64,000 nt of DNA, from the NCBI GenBank assembly GCA_049510745.1, contig JBEKYR010000026.1, forward strand, positions 1 through 64,000, in the 5' to 3' direction. Positions 39,996-50,129 of this stretch are shown piece after piece. The notes beneath the pieces are model-generated. The model saw nothing but the letters and a program-made list of their open reading frames with translations, did no database searches and had not been told where the DNA came from. How positions within the stretch are numbered: position 1 is the stretch's first letter; every line of letters begins with the position of its first letter. The DNA comes from Verrucomicrobiota bacterium. Lineage in GTDB: Bacteria > Verrucomicrobiota > Verrucomicrobiia > Limisphaerales > Palsa-1400. The translations under genes and the position numbers were made by a program.

Positions 39996-41141
39996 ATGCA
40001 ACGAGTTGACAAACCTCGCAGTGCCGTGCTTTTGCAAAGCGCGACAGCGCTCCTGCTCTGTTGCGCCGCCGCGTCGCTGCCCGCCGCGGGCTGGCCCATT
40101 TTCCGCGGCAATCCCGCCCTGACCGGCGTGGCCGCCGGCACCCTGCCGGACAAACCCGCGCTGCTCTGGACCTTCAAAACGGGCGGTCCCGTCAAGTCCT
40201 CCGCCGTGATCGGCGCCGGCAAGGTTTTTATCGGCTCCAATGACGGCCAGGTTCATGCGCTGGATTTTCTGACCGGACGCGAGCTTTGGGCGTTCAAAGC
40301 CGGCTCGCCGGTGCAGGCGCCGCCGCTTCTGGCCAACGATTCGGTGTTCGTCGGCACCCTCGACGGCGCCTTTTATTGCATTGACGCCGCCAGCGGCCGG
40401 CAGTTGTGGAAGCATGTCACGGAAGGCAAAATCATCGGCTCCGCCAATCTGGCCGCGTCCGCGGGAGGCGGGGGGCGCGTTGTGGTGGGAAGCTACGATT
40501 TCAAACTCTATTGCCTGGATGCCACCAACGGCCAGGCGCTTTGGACCTACGAAACCGGCAATTATATCAACGGTTCCTGCGCCGTGGCCAACGGCCAGGT
40601 CGTCTTCGCCGGATGCGACGCTCTGGTGCATGTCCTGTCCGCGGACAAGGGAACGAAGGTCAAGGAGATCGACGCCGGCGCTTATATCGCCGCCTCGGCC
40701 GCGCTGGCCGGGAATCGGGCGTATGTCGGCCATTACGACAATGAGTTTCTCTGTGTGGACCTGGCGGAAGGGAAGGTTCTCTGGCGCTACCACGACCTGG
40801 ATTTTCCTTATATGTCGGCGGCGGCGGTGACGGACGAGCGCGTTCTCTTTGGCGGACACGACAAGGTGCTGCACTGCGTGGAGCGGGCCGGCGGGAAGAG
40901 CCTGTGGAAATTCGCCACGCGGGGAAAAATCGAGAGTTCGCCCGTCGTGGCCGGCGCGAAGGTGGTGTTCGGTTCCGATGATGGAACGCTCTATGTGGTT
41001 TCGCTGCGGGAGGGCAAGGAACTTTGGTCCTACGAAATCGGCCAGGCCGTCGCCAGTTCGCCCGCCGTGGCCGATGAAAAAATAGTGATAGGTTCGGACG
41101 ACGGCGCCGTCTATTGCTTCGGCCAAAAAAGAGCGGAGTGA
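39996..41141 (+). CDS. Secreted PQQ-like (BamB-type) beta-propeller protein
   Basis: Signal-like N-terminus, WPIFRGN, about eight repeats of GS.DG..Y.LD..G..LW. Confidence 0.85.
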   Translation: MQRVDKPRSAVLLQSATALLLCCAAASLPAAGWPIFRGNPALTGVAAGTLPDKPALLWTFKTGGPVKSSAVIGAGKVFIGSNDGQVHALDFLTGRELWAFKAGSPVQAPPLLANDSVFVGTLDGAFYCIDAASGRQLWKHVTEGKIIGSANLAASAGGGGRVVVGSYDFKLYCLDATNGQALWTYETGNYINGSCAVANGQVVFAGCDALVHVLSADKGTKVKEIDAGAYIAASAALAGNRAYVGHYDNEFLCVDLAEGKVLWRYHDLDFPYMSAAAVTDERVLFGGHDKVLHCVERAGGKSLWKFATRGKIESSPVVAGAKVVFGSDDGTLYVVSLREGKELWSYEIGQAVASSPAVADEKIVIGSDDGAVYCFGQKRAE

Positions 41142-41177
41142 CCGGTTTATGAAACAGTTTGATTCAGCGCGCCAATT

Positions 41178-42518
41178 ATGACGACCTCGGAAACCATCGC
41201 TCCCCCGGCCCCGCCCATCGAGAAGCAAACGACGGCCGGCAATTATTTCGTCTCCAATTACCCGCCGTTTTCGTTTTGGAAGCCGGAATTCGTGCCAGAC
41301 GCGTGCGCCGCGTTGCAACGTCCGCCGGCGGCCCGGACGCCGCTGGGCGTCTATCTGCACATTCCCTTCTGCCGCAAACGCTGTCATTTTTGTTATTTCA
41401 AGGTTTATACGGACAAGGATTCGGCCGCCATCCGCGGATACACCGAGGCGGCGTTGCGCGAGCTGGCCCTTTACGCGAGCCAGCCGATGGTCGCGGGGCG
41501 CAAGGCCAATTTCGTCTATTTCGGCGGCGGCACGCCGTCCTATTTGTCGGTCGATCAACTCCGACATTTGACCGATGGGATGAAGCAATTGATCTCGTGG
41601 GACGAGGCCGAGGAGGTCACCTTCGAGTGCGAGCCGGGCACGCTGACCCGTCACAAACTCCAGGCGATTCGGGACCTGGGCGTGACCCGGTTGAGCCTGG
41701 GCGTGGAAAATTTTGACGACCACATTCTCGAAATCAACGGCCGCGCCCATCACGGCAAGGAAATCGCGCGGGCCTACGAAGACGCCCGGCAATTGGGCTT
41801 TCCCCAGATCAACATCGACCTGATCGCCGGCATGGTCGAGGAAACGGAGGCCAACTGGCGCGACTGCGTCCGCAAAGCGATCGGGATGTCGCCCGACAGC
41901 GTGACCATTTACCAGATGGAGATTCCGTACAACACAACCATTTACAAGGAAATGAAAGCGGCGGGCAAACTGGCTGCGCCGGTGGCCGGTTGGGAAACCA
42001 AACGCGCCTGGGTCGCCGAAGCCTTCTCTGAATTGGAGAAGGCCGGCTACACCGTCGGCAGCGCCTACACCGCTGTCAAGACCAAGGAAAAGACCCGCTT
42101 CCTCTACCGCGACCGGCTGTGGGCGGGGGCCGATTTGATCGGATTGGGCGTGGCCTCGTTCGGCCATTTGCAGGGAACGCATTACCAGAACGAGCACGAT
42201 TTCGAGCCGTACATCAACGCCATCCGCGCCGGCCAATGGCCCATCTGCCGGGCCATGACCCCCAGCGCCGACGAGCGGTTGATCCGCGAATTCATTCTGC
42301 AACTCAAGCTGGGGCAAACCCGGTGCGATTATTTCCAGGAAAAATTCAGGGTCGATGTCCGCCAGCGGTTCGCCCAACCGTTGCGCCGGTTGCGCGAGGG
42401 GGGCTTTGGCGGGGTCGAGGACGGCGTGGTCCGCCTCAGTCGCGAAGGTCTGCTGCAAGTGGACCGGCTGCTGCACGAGTTTTTTCTCCCCGAACATCAG
42501 AACGCGAGGTACGCCTGA
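41178..42518 (+). CDS. HemN-like (class C) radical SAM enzyme
   Basis: HIPFCRKRCHFC (CxxxCxxC), YFGGGTPS, RLSLGV, INIDLIAG, GLGVAS. Confidence 0.88.
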   Translation: MTTSETIAPPAPPIEKQTTAGNYFVSNYPPFSFWKPEFVPDACAALQRPPAARTPLGVYLHIPFCRKRCHFCYFKVYTDKDSAAIRGYTEAALRELALYASQPMVAGRKANFVYFGGGTPSYLSVDQLRHLTDGMKQLISWDEAEEVTFECEPGTLTRHKLQAIRDLGVTRLSLGVENFDDHILEINGRAHHGKEIARAYEDARQLGFPQINIDLIAGMVEETEANWRDCVRKAIGMSPDSVTIYQMEIPYNTTIYKEMKAAGKLAAPVAGWETKRAWVAEAFSELEKAGYTVGSAYTAVKTKEKTRFLYRDRLWAGADLIGLGVASFGHLQGTHYQNEHDFEPYINAIRAGQWPICRAMTPSADERLIREFILQLKLGQTRCDYFQEKFRVDVRQRFAQPLRRLREGGFGGVEDGVVRLSREGLLQVDRLLHEFFLPEHQNARYA

Positions 42519-43090
42519 AGACCAACACAGCCCCCTGCCCGCCGTGTGCTCCGCGGCCGCTCCATTCCGACCTCTACCCGCTGGAGGAGTTTTACGCCGC
42601 CTGCGGCGCGGCCCTCCCGGCCGTCAGGCGCGTCGCGCCGGCGGAAATCCCCGAGCCTTGCCGCTCGTTGCTCGTCCACAACAGCGACATGACTTCCACC
42701 CTGGAAAATTTTTACCGGGACAGACTCCAGGTCCTTGTCCTGGGACGGCGCACGGTGGACGAGGACTACTTTCGCGAGGTGGCGCTGGCGCTGGGCGGCA
42801 GCGGGCGGCGGGTGGAATTCGGCGCGATTAAAATTAGTCTTGACCTTTTTCCCACCGGGGCGCGGCGGGAGATCCTGCGGGAAGAGCAGCCGCTGGGCCG
42901 GATTCTGGCCGCCTTCGGCCTGGCCTTTTCCAGCCGGCCCGCCGCCTACCTGCGCGTGGCCTCGGATGAATTCATCGGCCGCGCCCTGAACCTGGCCGGG
43001 CCGCGCCTGCTCCATGCCCGGCGCAACACACTGGTCGATGCCTGGGAACGGCCCCTGGCGGAGATCGTGGAAATCCTGCCTCCCCCTTGA
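42515..43090 (+). CDS. Chorismate lyase / UTRA-fold-like protein
   Basis: LLVHNSDMTSTLE, REVAL, PLGRIL, ARRN and IVEILP pattern of UbiC-like proteins; CTGA overlap with the radical SAM stop; start uncertain. Confidence 0.6.
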   Translation: MKTNTAPCPPCAPRPLHSDLYPLEEFYAACGAALPAVRRVAPAEIPEPCRSLLVHNSDMTSTLENFYRDRLQVLVLGRRTVDEDYFREVALALGGSGRRVEFGAIKISLDLFPTGARREILREEQPLGRILAAFGLAFSSRPAAYLRVASDEFIGRALNLAGPRLLHARRNTLVDAWERPLAEIVEILPPP

Positions 43091-43091
43091 A

Positions 43092-44387
43092 ATGAAAGAC
43101 GAACATCGCTACGACGCCCTGATCATCGGGGCCGGACCCGCCGGGTCCTCCGCCGCCGCCCTTCTGGCCGGGCACGGCCATCGCGCGCTGATTCTGGAGC
43201 GGGAAAAATTTCCCCGCTATCACATTGGCGAATCGCTGCTGCCGTTCACGTTTCAGCCCCTGCAACGGCTGGGCCTGATCGACAAGATGCGCCGCTCGGC
43301 CTTTATCAAGAAATACAGCGTGCAGTTTGTTTCGCCCTCGGGCCGGGCCAGCCAGCCGTTTTACTTCTTCAACCGCTACGACCGCGACACGATCGCGCAG
43401 ACCTGGCAGGTGCTTCGCTCGGAATTCGATCAACTGCTCCTGGACAACGCCCGCGAAAAGGGCGCGCTGGTGCGGGAGGAAACGACCGTCACCGAGTTGC
43501 TCAAGGACGGCCCGCGCGTCGTCGGCGTGCGCGCCCGCGCCGCCAACGGACCGGTGCTCGAATACCGCGCCCCAATCACGCTCGACTGCTCGGGCAAGGA
43601 GGCCTTTTGCGCCGTCCGCAATCAGTGGCGCATGAAAGACCCGTTTCTCAACAAGGTCGCCGTCTGGACCTATTATGAGGGCGCCCGGCGCGACGAGGGC
43701 ATCGACGCCGGCGCCACCACCGTCGCGTATGTGCCGGAAAAAGGCTGGTTCTGGTACATCCCGCAGCACAACGACCGGATCAGCGTGGGGGTGGTGGCGG
43801 AAGGAAAATACTTGACGCGCGGCGGCGTCAAGGCGCCCGAGGTCATCTTCCAGCGGGAAGTCGGCGAGAACCAATGGATCCGCCAACACCTGGCCGCCGG
43901 CCGGCAGACCGGCCCCTATTACCTGACGAGCGAATATACCCACCATTCCCGGCATTGCGGCGGCGACGGCCTGCTGCTGGCGGGCGACGCCTTCGCCTTT
44001 TTGGACCCGGTCTTTTCCTCCGGCGTCATGCTGGCCCTCAAGAGCGGCACGCTGGCCGGGGACGCGGTGCATCAGGCCATCGTCGAGGGCGATTTCTCCG
44101 CCAAACGCTTCGCCGCTTACGGCCGTTGTCTGCGGGAGGGAGTCGAGAACATGCGCCGGCTCGTCTATGCCTTTTACCATCCCAAGTTCAGCTTCCGCAC
44201 CCTGACCAACAAGCATCCCGACGCCGCCGGCACGGTGACCGATTGCCTCAGCGGTGATGTCAATAAAGATTTCTCGGAACTGTGGCGGCAGATCGGCGAG
44301 TTTGTTCCCCTGCCCGAACCGCTCCCGGTGGGCGCGCCGGGGCGCATCCCGGTTTTTAGCAACCCTATTGGCAATGAGCGTTTATGA
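43092..44387 (+). CDS. Flavin-dependent halogenase-like FAD oxidoreductase
   Basis: GAGPAG, FPRYHIGESL, FIKK, WFWYIP (WxWxIP), GDAFAFLDPVFSSG. Confidence 0.82.
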   Translation: MKDEHRYDALIIGAGPAGSSAAALLAGHGHRALILEREKFPRYHIGESLLPFTFQPLQRLGLIDKMRRSAFIKKYSVQFVSPSGRASQPFYFFNRYDRDTIAQTWQVLRSEFDQLLLDNAREKGALVREETTVTELLKDGPRVVGVRARAANGPVLEYRAPITLDCSGKEAFCAVRNQWRMKDPFLNKVAVWTYYEGARRDEGIDAGATTVAYVPEKGWFWYIPQHNDRISVGVVAEGKYLTRGGVKAPEVIFQREVGENQWIRQHLAAGRQTGPYYLTSEYTHHSRHCGGDGLLLAGDAFAFLDPVFSSGVMLALKSGTLAGDAVHQAIVEGDFSAKRFAAYGRCLREGVENMRRLVYAFYHPKFSFRTLTNKHPDAAGTVTDCLSGDVNKDFSELWRQIGEFVPLPEPLPVGAPGRIPVFSNPIGNERL

Positions 44388-44410
44388 CTGGCCGCAGACA
44401 GGCCCGCAAG

Positions 44411-44540
44411 AATGACGAATGTCCAAGCTCTAATGCCGAAAGAATGACGAAGCCCCAATGACGAAACTCATGCGGGCCGACTTGTCGTCATTGAGTCATT
44501 TGAGCATTCTTTAGACATTCGGGTTTCGTCATTCGTCATT
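44411..44540. repeat. Composite palindromic repeat (aatgacgaa units versus ttcgtcatt units)
   Basis: Begins aatgacgaat and ends attcgtcatt; three aatgacgaa units on the left arm. Confidence 0.75.
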
Positions 44541-44714
44541 TTCCCCGGTGGATCGAGGCGCGGCCTTCCGAAGTCCTGACGGGTGTCTGATTTGCTGAGA
44601 TGCGCCCGGCGCGCCGCTGGCTTGAATCCAGACTTTACTTTTAGCCGTCTAAATGTAAAGTGTGCCTGCCATGATTAAGCGCCCTTTTTGGACTGAACGA
44701 AACGGGCGGCGGGC

Positions 44715-45464
44715 TTACCGGCGCCAATGGCCTCCGTACCTCACCCAGCCATGCGGGCCGCGGCCCCAATAGCCCCCCACCCAGACGGCGCCCGGATAGG
44801 GAGGGAACATCCAATAGCCGGCCGCCCAATACCATCCGCCATTCCACACCCACTCGCCGTTGACCCACACATAACCCGGCCCGGGCGCAACAGCTATCGT
44901 TTCCACCGGAGGGGCTGGCGGCGGACCAGCCACAACAACTGAGGGCGGAGCGGCCGTGGCGGTGTTGGCCGTGTTGATCATGAAATCAATGATCTTCTGG
45001 GAAACACCGGACGCGTGCAGATCAATGATATTGTCGGCGCTCAGGTGGTAGAGTGTATGGGAATTGACAATCTGGGCGATGATCGTGTCGTCACTGACGC
45101 CCGCCTTGCTCATGGCCTTGATGTCGGCCAGGCTCAGCGGCGTGCCTTGCTGGGCGCGGGCGTAAGTGTCCGGATATTGCTGACGGAGGCGCGCCTCCTG
45201 CGCTTGATCCTCGGAATGGCCGATCAATGCGCCAAGAACCGTGCCAGCCGCCGCGCCAATCCACGCGCCCTCGCCAGCGCTGTGACTGGCGCTGCCGATA
45301 ATGGCCCCAGTGGCGGCGCCCATAGCGCCGCCAGCAAGGGCGCCTGTTGCGGCGTTGTCCGGGCGACCCTCCGGGGTGTAACAGCCCGTCAGCGTCACAG
45401 TCGCAAGGGCGGCAGCCAGTGTGAGGGCGCCCGCTTTCGTTAACGTTAGAGTCTTTGTCTTCAT
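44715..45464 (-). CDS. Lipoprotein with glycine zipper and YXWGXW repeats
   Basis: Lipobox LTGC, GALAGGAMGAATGAIIG, C-terminal WVNGEW/WAAGYW/WVGGYW repeats. Confidence 0.85.
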   Translation of the reverse strand: MKTKTLTLTKAGALTLAAALATVTLTGCYTPEGRPDNAATGALAGGAMGAATGAIIGSASHSAGEGAWIGAAAGTVLGALIGHSEDQAQEARLRQQYPDTYARAQQGTPLSLADIKAMSKAGVSDDTIIAQIVNSHTLYHLSADNIIDLHASGVSQKIIDFMINTANTATAAPPSVVVAGPPPAPPVETIAVAPGPGYVWVNGEWVWNGGWYWAAGYWMFPPYPGAVWVGGYWGRGPHGWVRYGGHWRR

Positions 45465-45773
45465 AGCTGTATCGAAATTCAATTTCTCTCTTTCACTTCC
45501 AACCAAAATTCATCCGGGGCCGCGAGATTTCGCGGGCCTCCACAATCCACTACGGATTAGACGCCGACATCTTGCGCGCGGTTCACTTTTTTTCAATCGG
45601 CCTTGCCCGGCTTCGGAGAGCCGCACCATCGGCCTCCGCCAATCAATCACCGCTTTCCGCAGAGTGTCAAGGAAAACGCCATGTCAGTCAGACTAGACGA
45701 CCGTGATGATCGCCCCCCACCGCATAGATATGCGAGTGCATAAATGGCGGGCGCGCCGTAGGATGGCCCGCAA

Positions 45774-47267
45774 ATGGACAAACCCCGGCTGAGTTTTTGG
45801 CAAATCTGGAACATGAGTTTCGGGTTTTTGGGAATTCAATTTGGCTTCGGACTGCAACTGGCCAACATGAGCGCCATCTACGCCAAGTTGGGGGCCGAGC
45901 CGTCGAGGATTCCGATTCTCTGGCTGGCCGGGCCAATGACCGGCCTGCTGGTGCAACCGATCATCGGCGCAATGAGCGATCGCACCTGGGGCTGGTTGGG
46001 GCGAAGACGGCCCTACTTTCTGGCCGGGGCGGTCCTTTCCAGCGTGGCTCTGTTCTTCATGCCGGATTCCCCTTCGTTGTGGGTGGCGGTGACGATGTTA
46101 TGGGTTTTGGACGCGTCGATCAACGTGAGCATGGAACCGTTCCGGGCGTTCGTGGCGGATTTGCTGCCGCTGGAGCAGCGGACGGTGGGATTTGTCATGC
46201 AAAGCTTTTTCATCGGCATTGGCGCGGCGATGGCCAACGCCCTGCCCGACATCCTCAGCCATTTGGGAGTCTCGGGCAACGCCGCCAACGGAGTGCCGCT
46301 GACGGTGCAATACTCCTACAAGGCGGGGGCGGCGGTTTTTCTGCTGGCGGTGTTGTGGACCGTCTGCAGCACGCGCGAACAACCGCCGGCGAACCTGGAA
46401 GAATTTCGCAGGCGCAAATCCAGCCCGTTCAAACTGCAGCCGGCCTTTCTGGCCGCGGGCGCGCTGGCGGGCGCGCTGGTGGCGGTGGCGCGCGGGGCGG
46501 TGGTGGACCACTCCCTGACCCCGTGGCATCTCCTGGCCGGGGCCGGCTTCGGCATCGTGATTGGCCTGGTGTGCAGCGGACCCGCGGTGGGAGAAGCGAT
46601 CCGCGAGATGCCGGCGACCATGAAACAGTTGGCGGTGGTGCAATTCTTCACCTGGATGGGGCTGTTCTGCATGTGGATGTTCTTCTCGCTGGCGACGGCG
46701 GAGCAGATTTTCCACACCACCGACGCGCACAGCGCGGCTTTCGACGAAGGGACCAACTTTGGAGGCCGGACGTTTATGTGGTATTCGATCGTTTGTTTTG
46801 CGGGGGCGTTTGTGTTGCCGGCGGTGGCGCGCGCCACCAGCCGCAGAACGGTCCATGCCCTGGCGCTGACGCTGGGCGGGGTTTCGTTGCTGGCCACTGG
46901 TTTTATACATGACAAAATTCTATGGCAATGCACCATGATCGGCGTGGGCCTCGCCTGGGCCTCCATCCTGGCCATGCCGTACGCGATTTTGTCCGGCGCG
47001 CTGCCGGCGGAGCGGATGGGGGTTTACATGGGGATTTTCAATTTCTTCATCGTCCTGCCGGAAATCGTTGCCTCGCTGGCGTTGGAGCCGGTGGTCAAGC
47101 ACGCGTTCGGCAACGATCCGGTCAAGGCGGTCATGCTGGGCGGGGCCTTTCTGCTGCTGGCCGCGTTGATCATGGCCGTGTTGCGGGATGAGACCGTTCA
47201 AAATGGAGCGCCGGCGGCCACGCCGATGGTCGCCGGGTCGCCCGGCTCGGGCGCCAACGCCGGGTAG
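45774..47267 (+). CDS. MFS sugar transporter (sucrose/maltose GPH-like)
   Basis: [38 protein letters not shown]. Confidence 0.9.
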   Translation: MDKPRLSFWQIWNMSFGFLGIQFGFGLQLANMSAIYAKLGAEPSRIPILWLAGPMTGLLVQPIIGAMSDRTWGWLGRRRPYFLAGAVLSSVALFFMPDSPSLWVAVTMLWVLDASINVSMEPFRAFVADLLPLEQRTVGFVMQSFFIGIGAAMANALPDILSHLGVSGNAANGVPLTVQYSYKAGAAVFLLAVLWTVCSTREQPPANLEEFRRRKSSPFKLQPAFLAAGALAGALVAVARGAVVDHSLTPWHLLAGAGFGIVIGLVCSGPAVGEAIREMPATMKQLAVVQFFTWMGLFCMWMFFSLATAEQIFHTTDAHSAAFDEGTNFGGRTFMWYSIVCFAGAFVLPAVARATSRRTVHALALTLGGVSLLATGFIHDKILWQCTMIGVGLAWASILAMPYAILSGALPAERMGVYMGIFNFFIVLPEIVASLALEPVVKHAFGNDPVKAVMLGGAFLLLAALIMAVLRDETVQNGAPAATPMVAGSPGSGANAG

Positions 47268-47448
47268 CCGGGATTGAGGGCGTTGTTGAAGCGGTGGCGG
47301 TCACAGCCCCACCTGGGCCGAAAAGCGCCGGTATTTCGCCGGGAAGTTCATTGGCGTCAAAACCGTATTTCCGCATTGCGAAAAAGGTGTTGTTAATTTT
47401 GTTTACCAGCGGTACAGTCCTTTAACCGTTGGAGATACGGACAAACTT

Positions 47449-47799
47449 ATGAAAAATATGATCCGGCATACTGCCAGCAAGAAAAGAAAGGTCGTGCAAG
47501 GGGAAATTGTTTGGAGAATTCATCGTGATGCTGCTTCCGGTCAATGGATTGGCGTTTGCGACCCAATTGGGCTTACCGCCTCTGGCGACACGTATAACGA
47601 AGCGGTTGAGTGCTGCAATCATGCGATGGAGATTGTGTTTAAAGACCTTCTTTCCTCTGGTGATCTTGAAGAATTTTTGAAGCTGCGCGGATGGAAAACG
47701 GTGGATGTGGAATCGTCGGAAGGGGAAGATGGTGGAATAGATGCACCTTTCCGTATCGAACCTGGACTTGCACATGATCCCCAGGCGGCTTTTTGTTGA
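47449..47799 (+). CDS. HicB-like antitoxin
   Basis: WIGVCDPIGLTASGDTYNEAV pattern of the HicB partial RNase H fold; low GC. Confidence 0.6.
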   Translation: MKNMIRHTASKKRKVVQGEIVWRIHRDAASGQWIGVCDPIGLTASGDTYNEAVECCNHAMEIVFKDLLSSGDLEEFLKLRGWKTVDVESSEGEDGGIDAPFRIEPGLAHDPQAAFC

Positions 47800-48022
47800 A
47801 GAGCTTCGCAGATTGGGCTTTCGGTACTTGCAGCAAAAGGACAAGGTTGAAATCTACAAACGTCCCGGAGACATCAGGTACGCCAACGTGCGCCGTAAGG
47901 ATTTAATTGCTGAAGCTGAAGCGCGATTGATATTGCGGCAAGCCGGGCAAACCGAACAACAAATTGCTGCTTGGATTGCTGGCGTGTTGGCGCGTATTCA
48001 AAATGAACCACAGACCACCTGA
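47774..48022 (+). CDS. HicA-like toxin
   Basis: LRRLGF...ILRQAG dsRBD-like HicA pattern; overlaps the HicB-like gene. Confidence 0.55.
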   Translation: MIPRRLFVEELRRLGFRYLQQKDKVEIYKRPGDIRYANVRRKDLIAEAEARLILRQAGQTEQQIAAWIAGVLARIQNEPQTT

Positions 48023-48422
48023 TTTCCGTACGGGGTTTCCCATCTGCCGGCGCCTGGAAATCTCGCTCGAGGAACGGCGGGGAATGTACGGCAAAGTCGC
48101 CTTCCATAATCACAAGTGGACGCCGATGCGGCGGGTGGTGAACCGGGCGGGCGCCGTGGTCTCGGTCGAAAAGCTCTGCTTTTGCCTGGTGGTCGAGGGA
48201 GACGCCCTGGCCGGGCTTTATGCGGGCACGCCGGAAGCGGCCTGGGACGCGGCCAGCGAGCTGTCGCGCCAGCTTCACATCATCCGCAAGGAAGACTTTG
48301 CCAGCCGCAAAGCGGAAGCCGTCTTGCTGGCGCCGAAAGCCAGCGAGATGCTTTACCATTTGAAAAACCCTCCAGCCTGGGCCGGCGGCGGCGCGCCCGC
48401 GATGGCGATGGCGATGGGATGA
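48003..48422 (+). CDS. Hypothetical protein
   Basis: High-GC ORF with host-like codon usage, ATGA-coupled to the RibD-like gene. Confidence 0.6.
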   Translation: MNHRPPDFRTGFPICRRLEISLEERRGMYGKVAFHNHKWTPMRRVVNRAGAVVSVEKLCFCLVVEGDALAGLYAGTPEAAWDAASELSRQLHIIRKEDFASRKAEAVLLAPKASEMLYHLKNPPAWAGGGAPAMAMAMG

Positions 48423-49126
48423 ACCGGCGCGGGCTTCCATTTGTTTTGGTCAACGTGGCGCTCACGGCCGACGGCAAGATCGCCCCGGCCAGCCGCCATT
48501 TCGAGCCGTTTGCCGGCCCGCGCGACCGCGAGCTTATGCTTGACTTGCGCGCCCGCGCCGACGCCGTGATGGCGGGGGCGCGCACGGTCGATTTGGACCG
48601 CGTCAATTTAGGCCCCGGCCCCGCGAAATACCGCCGGCGCCGCCTCCAACGCGGCCTGGCGGAGCACAACCTGCGCGTCATCGTCAGCGGCGCGGGCACG
48701 ATTGACCCGGAGGCGGAGATATTCAAACACCGTTTCTCGCCCATCATCATCTTGACAAGCGGGCTGGTTTCGGTGCGGAAGCTGCGGCGGCTGCGGGCGC
48801 TGGCCGACGAGGTGAAGGTCGCCGGGAAAACAGAAATCGATTTCCCCGCCGCGTTGCGCTGGCTGCGCGCGAAATGGAAGGTGAAACGGTTGCTGTGCGA
48901 AGGCGGTGGCGAAGTCAACGGGGCGCTGTTTGCGGCCGGGTTGGTCGATGAGGCGCATGTGACGATGTGCCCGGTGATCTTCGGCGGGCGCGCCGCGCCG
49001 ACGCTGGCCGACGGGGCGGGAGTCAAACGGCTGGCGGAGGCCGCGCGTCTGCGGCTCGTTTCGATGAAGCGCGCCGGCGGCGACCTGTTTTTGGTTTATC
49101 GGAGAGACGGGCGAAAATGGGCGTGA
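48419..49126 (+). CDS. RibD C-terminal / DHFR-like reductase domain protein
   Basis: A.TADGKI, DAVMAGARTV, LLCEGGG, LVDE, P.IFGG. Confidence 0.85.
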   Translation: MNRRGLPFVLVNVALTADGKIAPASRHFEPFAGPRDRELMLDLRARADAVMAGARTVDLDRVNLGPGPAKYRRRRLQRGLAEHNLRVIVSGAGTIDPEAEIFKHRFSPIIILTSGLVSVRKLRRLRALADEVKVAGKTEIDFPAALRWLRAKWKVKRLLCEGGGEVNGALFAAGLVDEAHVTMCPVIFGGRAAPTLADGAGVKRLAEAARLRLVSMKRAGGDLFLVYRRDGRKWA

Positions 49127-49165
49127 CAACCCGTTGCGAGCGCCTATATTGCAGCGTTCTTGGAC

Positions 49166-49240
49166 GACCCTATCGTCTAGCGGTTAGGACACCGCCCTTT
49201 CACGGCGGTAGCAGGGGTTCGATTCCCCTTAGGGTCGCCA
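49166..49240 (+). tRNA. tRNA-Glu (TTC)
   Basis: Acceptor stem GACCCTA/TAGGGTC, anticodon arm ccgcc-ctTTCac-ggcgg, GGTTCGATTCC T-arm, encoded CCA. Confidence 0.97.
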
Positions 49241-49316
49241 TTCTTCAAAAACTTCAATAAAATCAATGGTTTTTTGAGATAACAGCAGGATTTGACTTGA
49301 TGAATTCTGAGAAGTG

Positions 49317-50129
49317 ATGAATAAGCCGAATGAGATTATCTTGGAGCACGAAGGGGATAATTTTCCGCCCGATCCGAAGGAGCGTTAGGCGCGGGATAGA
49401 GTCGAGGAATTCATAAACCAGCATCCTGAGCGTGTTTTTTTCTCACGGCAAATTGAAGTCCTACACGAGGACGATTTTTTTCATTGGGTGACCAATCGCG
49501 CAATCAGAGACTTGGAAGCCAGTGGGAAAATTGTGTCGGAATGGAGGCAATTGAAAACCGGCGGGCCGATAAAATTACTGTGGAACAAGTCGTATCGGTA
49601 TTATCGGCGTAGCGCGGCGGAGTTGGTCAAGTTGGTGGAAGAGTACTCTGATCCGAACATCGGCGGGGCGTTGGGAAGGCATGGGGAATTGATGGTGCTG
49701 GAAGGTTTTGCAAAAAACAGGTTTGTGATGGCTGGACAAAGCACGCGAGAATTTGGTGGGAAGAAGTGGACGCAGACGGATCACAACCTAGATTTTATTT
49801 TTGAACGGGACGGTTGCGCTTACGGCGTTGAAGTCAAGAATATGCTGGGCTACATGGTTCACGAAGAATTCAAAGTGAAGATTCAGCTTTGCAAGGCGTT
49901 GGGGATTGTGCCGGTATTTGTGGCGCGGATGTTGCCAAAAGTGTGGGTGTATGAATTGCTGGGGCATGGAGGATTCGCACTTATTTTGAAACATCAGTTG
50001 TATCCGTTGGCGCACAAGGATTTGGCAAAGAGAGTGGCTGCGGAGCTTGGCTTGCCTGTGGATGCTCCGCAAAGGCTTGCCGACGGAACGATGGCTCGTT
50101 TTGTGGCTTGGCATCGGAAAAGGGTGTGA
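49317..50129 (+). pseudogene. PD-(D/E)xK nuclease-like gene interrupted by an in-frame TAG at 49386-49388
   Basis: ATG 49317 is in frame with ORF 49488-50129 apart from one TAG; GELMV...LDFIF..GVEVKN catalytic-type motif; lower GC. Confidence 0.65.

Noticed and set aside
41178..42518. Calling the radical SAM gene hemN or hemW
   Set aside because: Lacks the RYTSYP and HNxxYW signatures, and has no heme-pathway context
49386..49388. Pyrrolysine or alternative genetic code readthrough
   Set aside because: Single instance; TAG terminates other genes in the window; no pyl genes seen
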